NCBI RefSeq assembly: GCF_009914755.1
Contig: NC_060927.1
Reading direction: 5' to 3' (one strand)
DNA length: 64,000 nucleotides
DNA from: the human T2T-CHM13v2.0 reference genome, Homo sapiens
Numbering within the stretch: the stretch's first letter is position 1; the number at the start of each line of letters is the position of its first letter. The notes under the pieces are model-generated. The model was not told the DNA's origin and ran no database searches. It was given only the letters and a program-made list of their open reading frames with translations. Below are positions 63,341-64,000 of the stretch, in pieces. The position numbers and the translations under genes were made by a program.

Positions 63341-63779
63341 CTTTAAGAAAATGTGCTAAAATATTTATCTTAAAAATTTAAGCTTTGTCTTTCTTCCATG
63401 AAGAAAACCAGTATTATTTTAATTGCTTAACCTTACATCTGATTTTTCATAAGCCTATTGCAAAGTCGTTTGACATTTTAAAATTGTTGTTGTAGAATTA
63501 TATTGATCTGTATTATCTATGAGGAAAATACTACTGGCTTATTCTTCAGGCCTATTGTTTTGAAATCAGAATAAGAGTGCCTTGAAAACACATGAAGACC
63601 TTGCCCTGAATGAGTGGGCAAAGATACCGTTAAGGGGATAGTTTTCTAGATAATCAGCCATGGTGGGAACTTCTGCATTTAGACATGTTTTCAATTAGAA
63701 TTCATTCAGCCTTTGCTGTGTTCCATCGTAGATGCTTGTCAAATTTTACCTCATTTTTTTTTCACAGACATCCCAGAGC

Positions 63780-63915
63780 TAATATTTCTCCAATTTACAG
63801 ATGAGGATACTGAATCAGAGAGGTTAATTGATTTATCTGAGGTCATGCCATTAGCAAAAATTTAAAGCCTTAGCACACTCTTTAAATCCATTATCCCATT
63901 TCCTGCTATAGTACA
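63780..63915 (-). mobile_element. MIR
   Basis: tttacagatgaggatactgaatcagagaggttaattgattt...ggtca. Confidence 0.8.
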
Positions 63916-64000
63916 GATTTATCTCAAAGTGGTACTGAGTAGCATTTGAATTGAATGAAATTATTGCTTGTATGACAAGTTGGGAGACCCTTAAAAAATC

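Overview
AT-rich, CpG-poor primate (probably human or great ape) non-coding DNA, dominated by interspersed repeats. It contains two near-full-length decayed LINE-1 elements on the minus strand (an old L1PB/L1PA15-16-like copy at 1-5600 and an L1PA7/8-like copy at 47511-53221 with a target-site duplication). There are also many older L1M fragments, about 16 Alu copies or fragments, L2/MIR/CR1 relics, ERVL/MaLR solo LTRs and Tigger/hAT DNA-transposon relics. No intact protein-coding gene, RNA gene, CpG island or CRISPR array is supported. The recognisable ORFs are L1 or Alu remnants; the rest look like chance ORFs. I see no evidence for a new biological system. The most interesting items are mechanistic fossils: a tailless young AluY with a 14-bp TSD, a twin-primed inverted L1, a probable 3'-UTR-only retrocopy at about 41.1-41.9 kb, a four-monomer array in the old L1 5' UTR, templated micro-duplications, and a palindrome inside an L1. 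A minus-strand bias of L1s and LTRs may mean the window is intronic to a plus-strand transcript. Repeat subfamily names come from recalled consensus sequences, and boundaries without a TSD are approximate.
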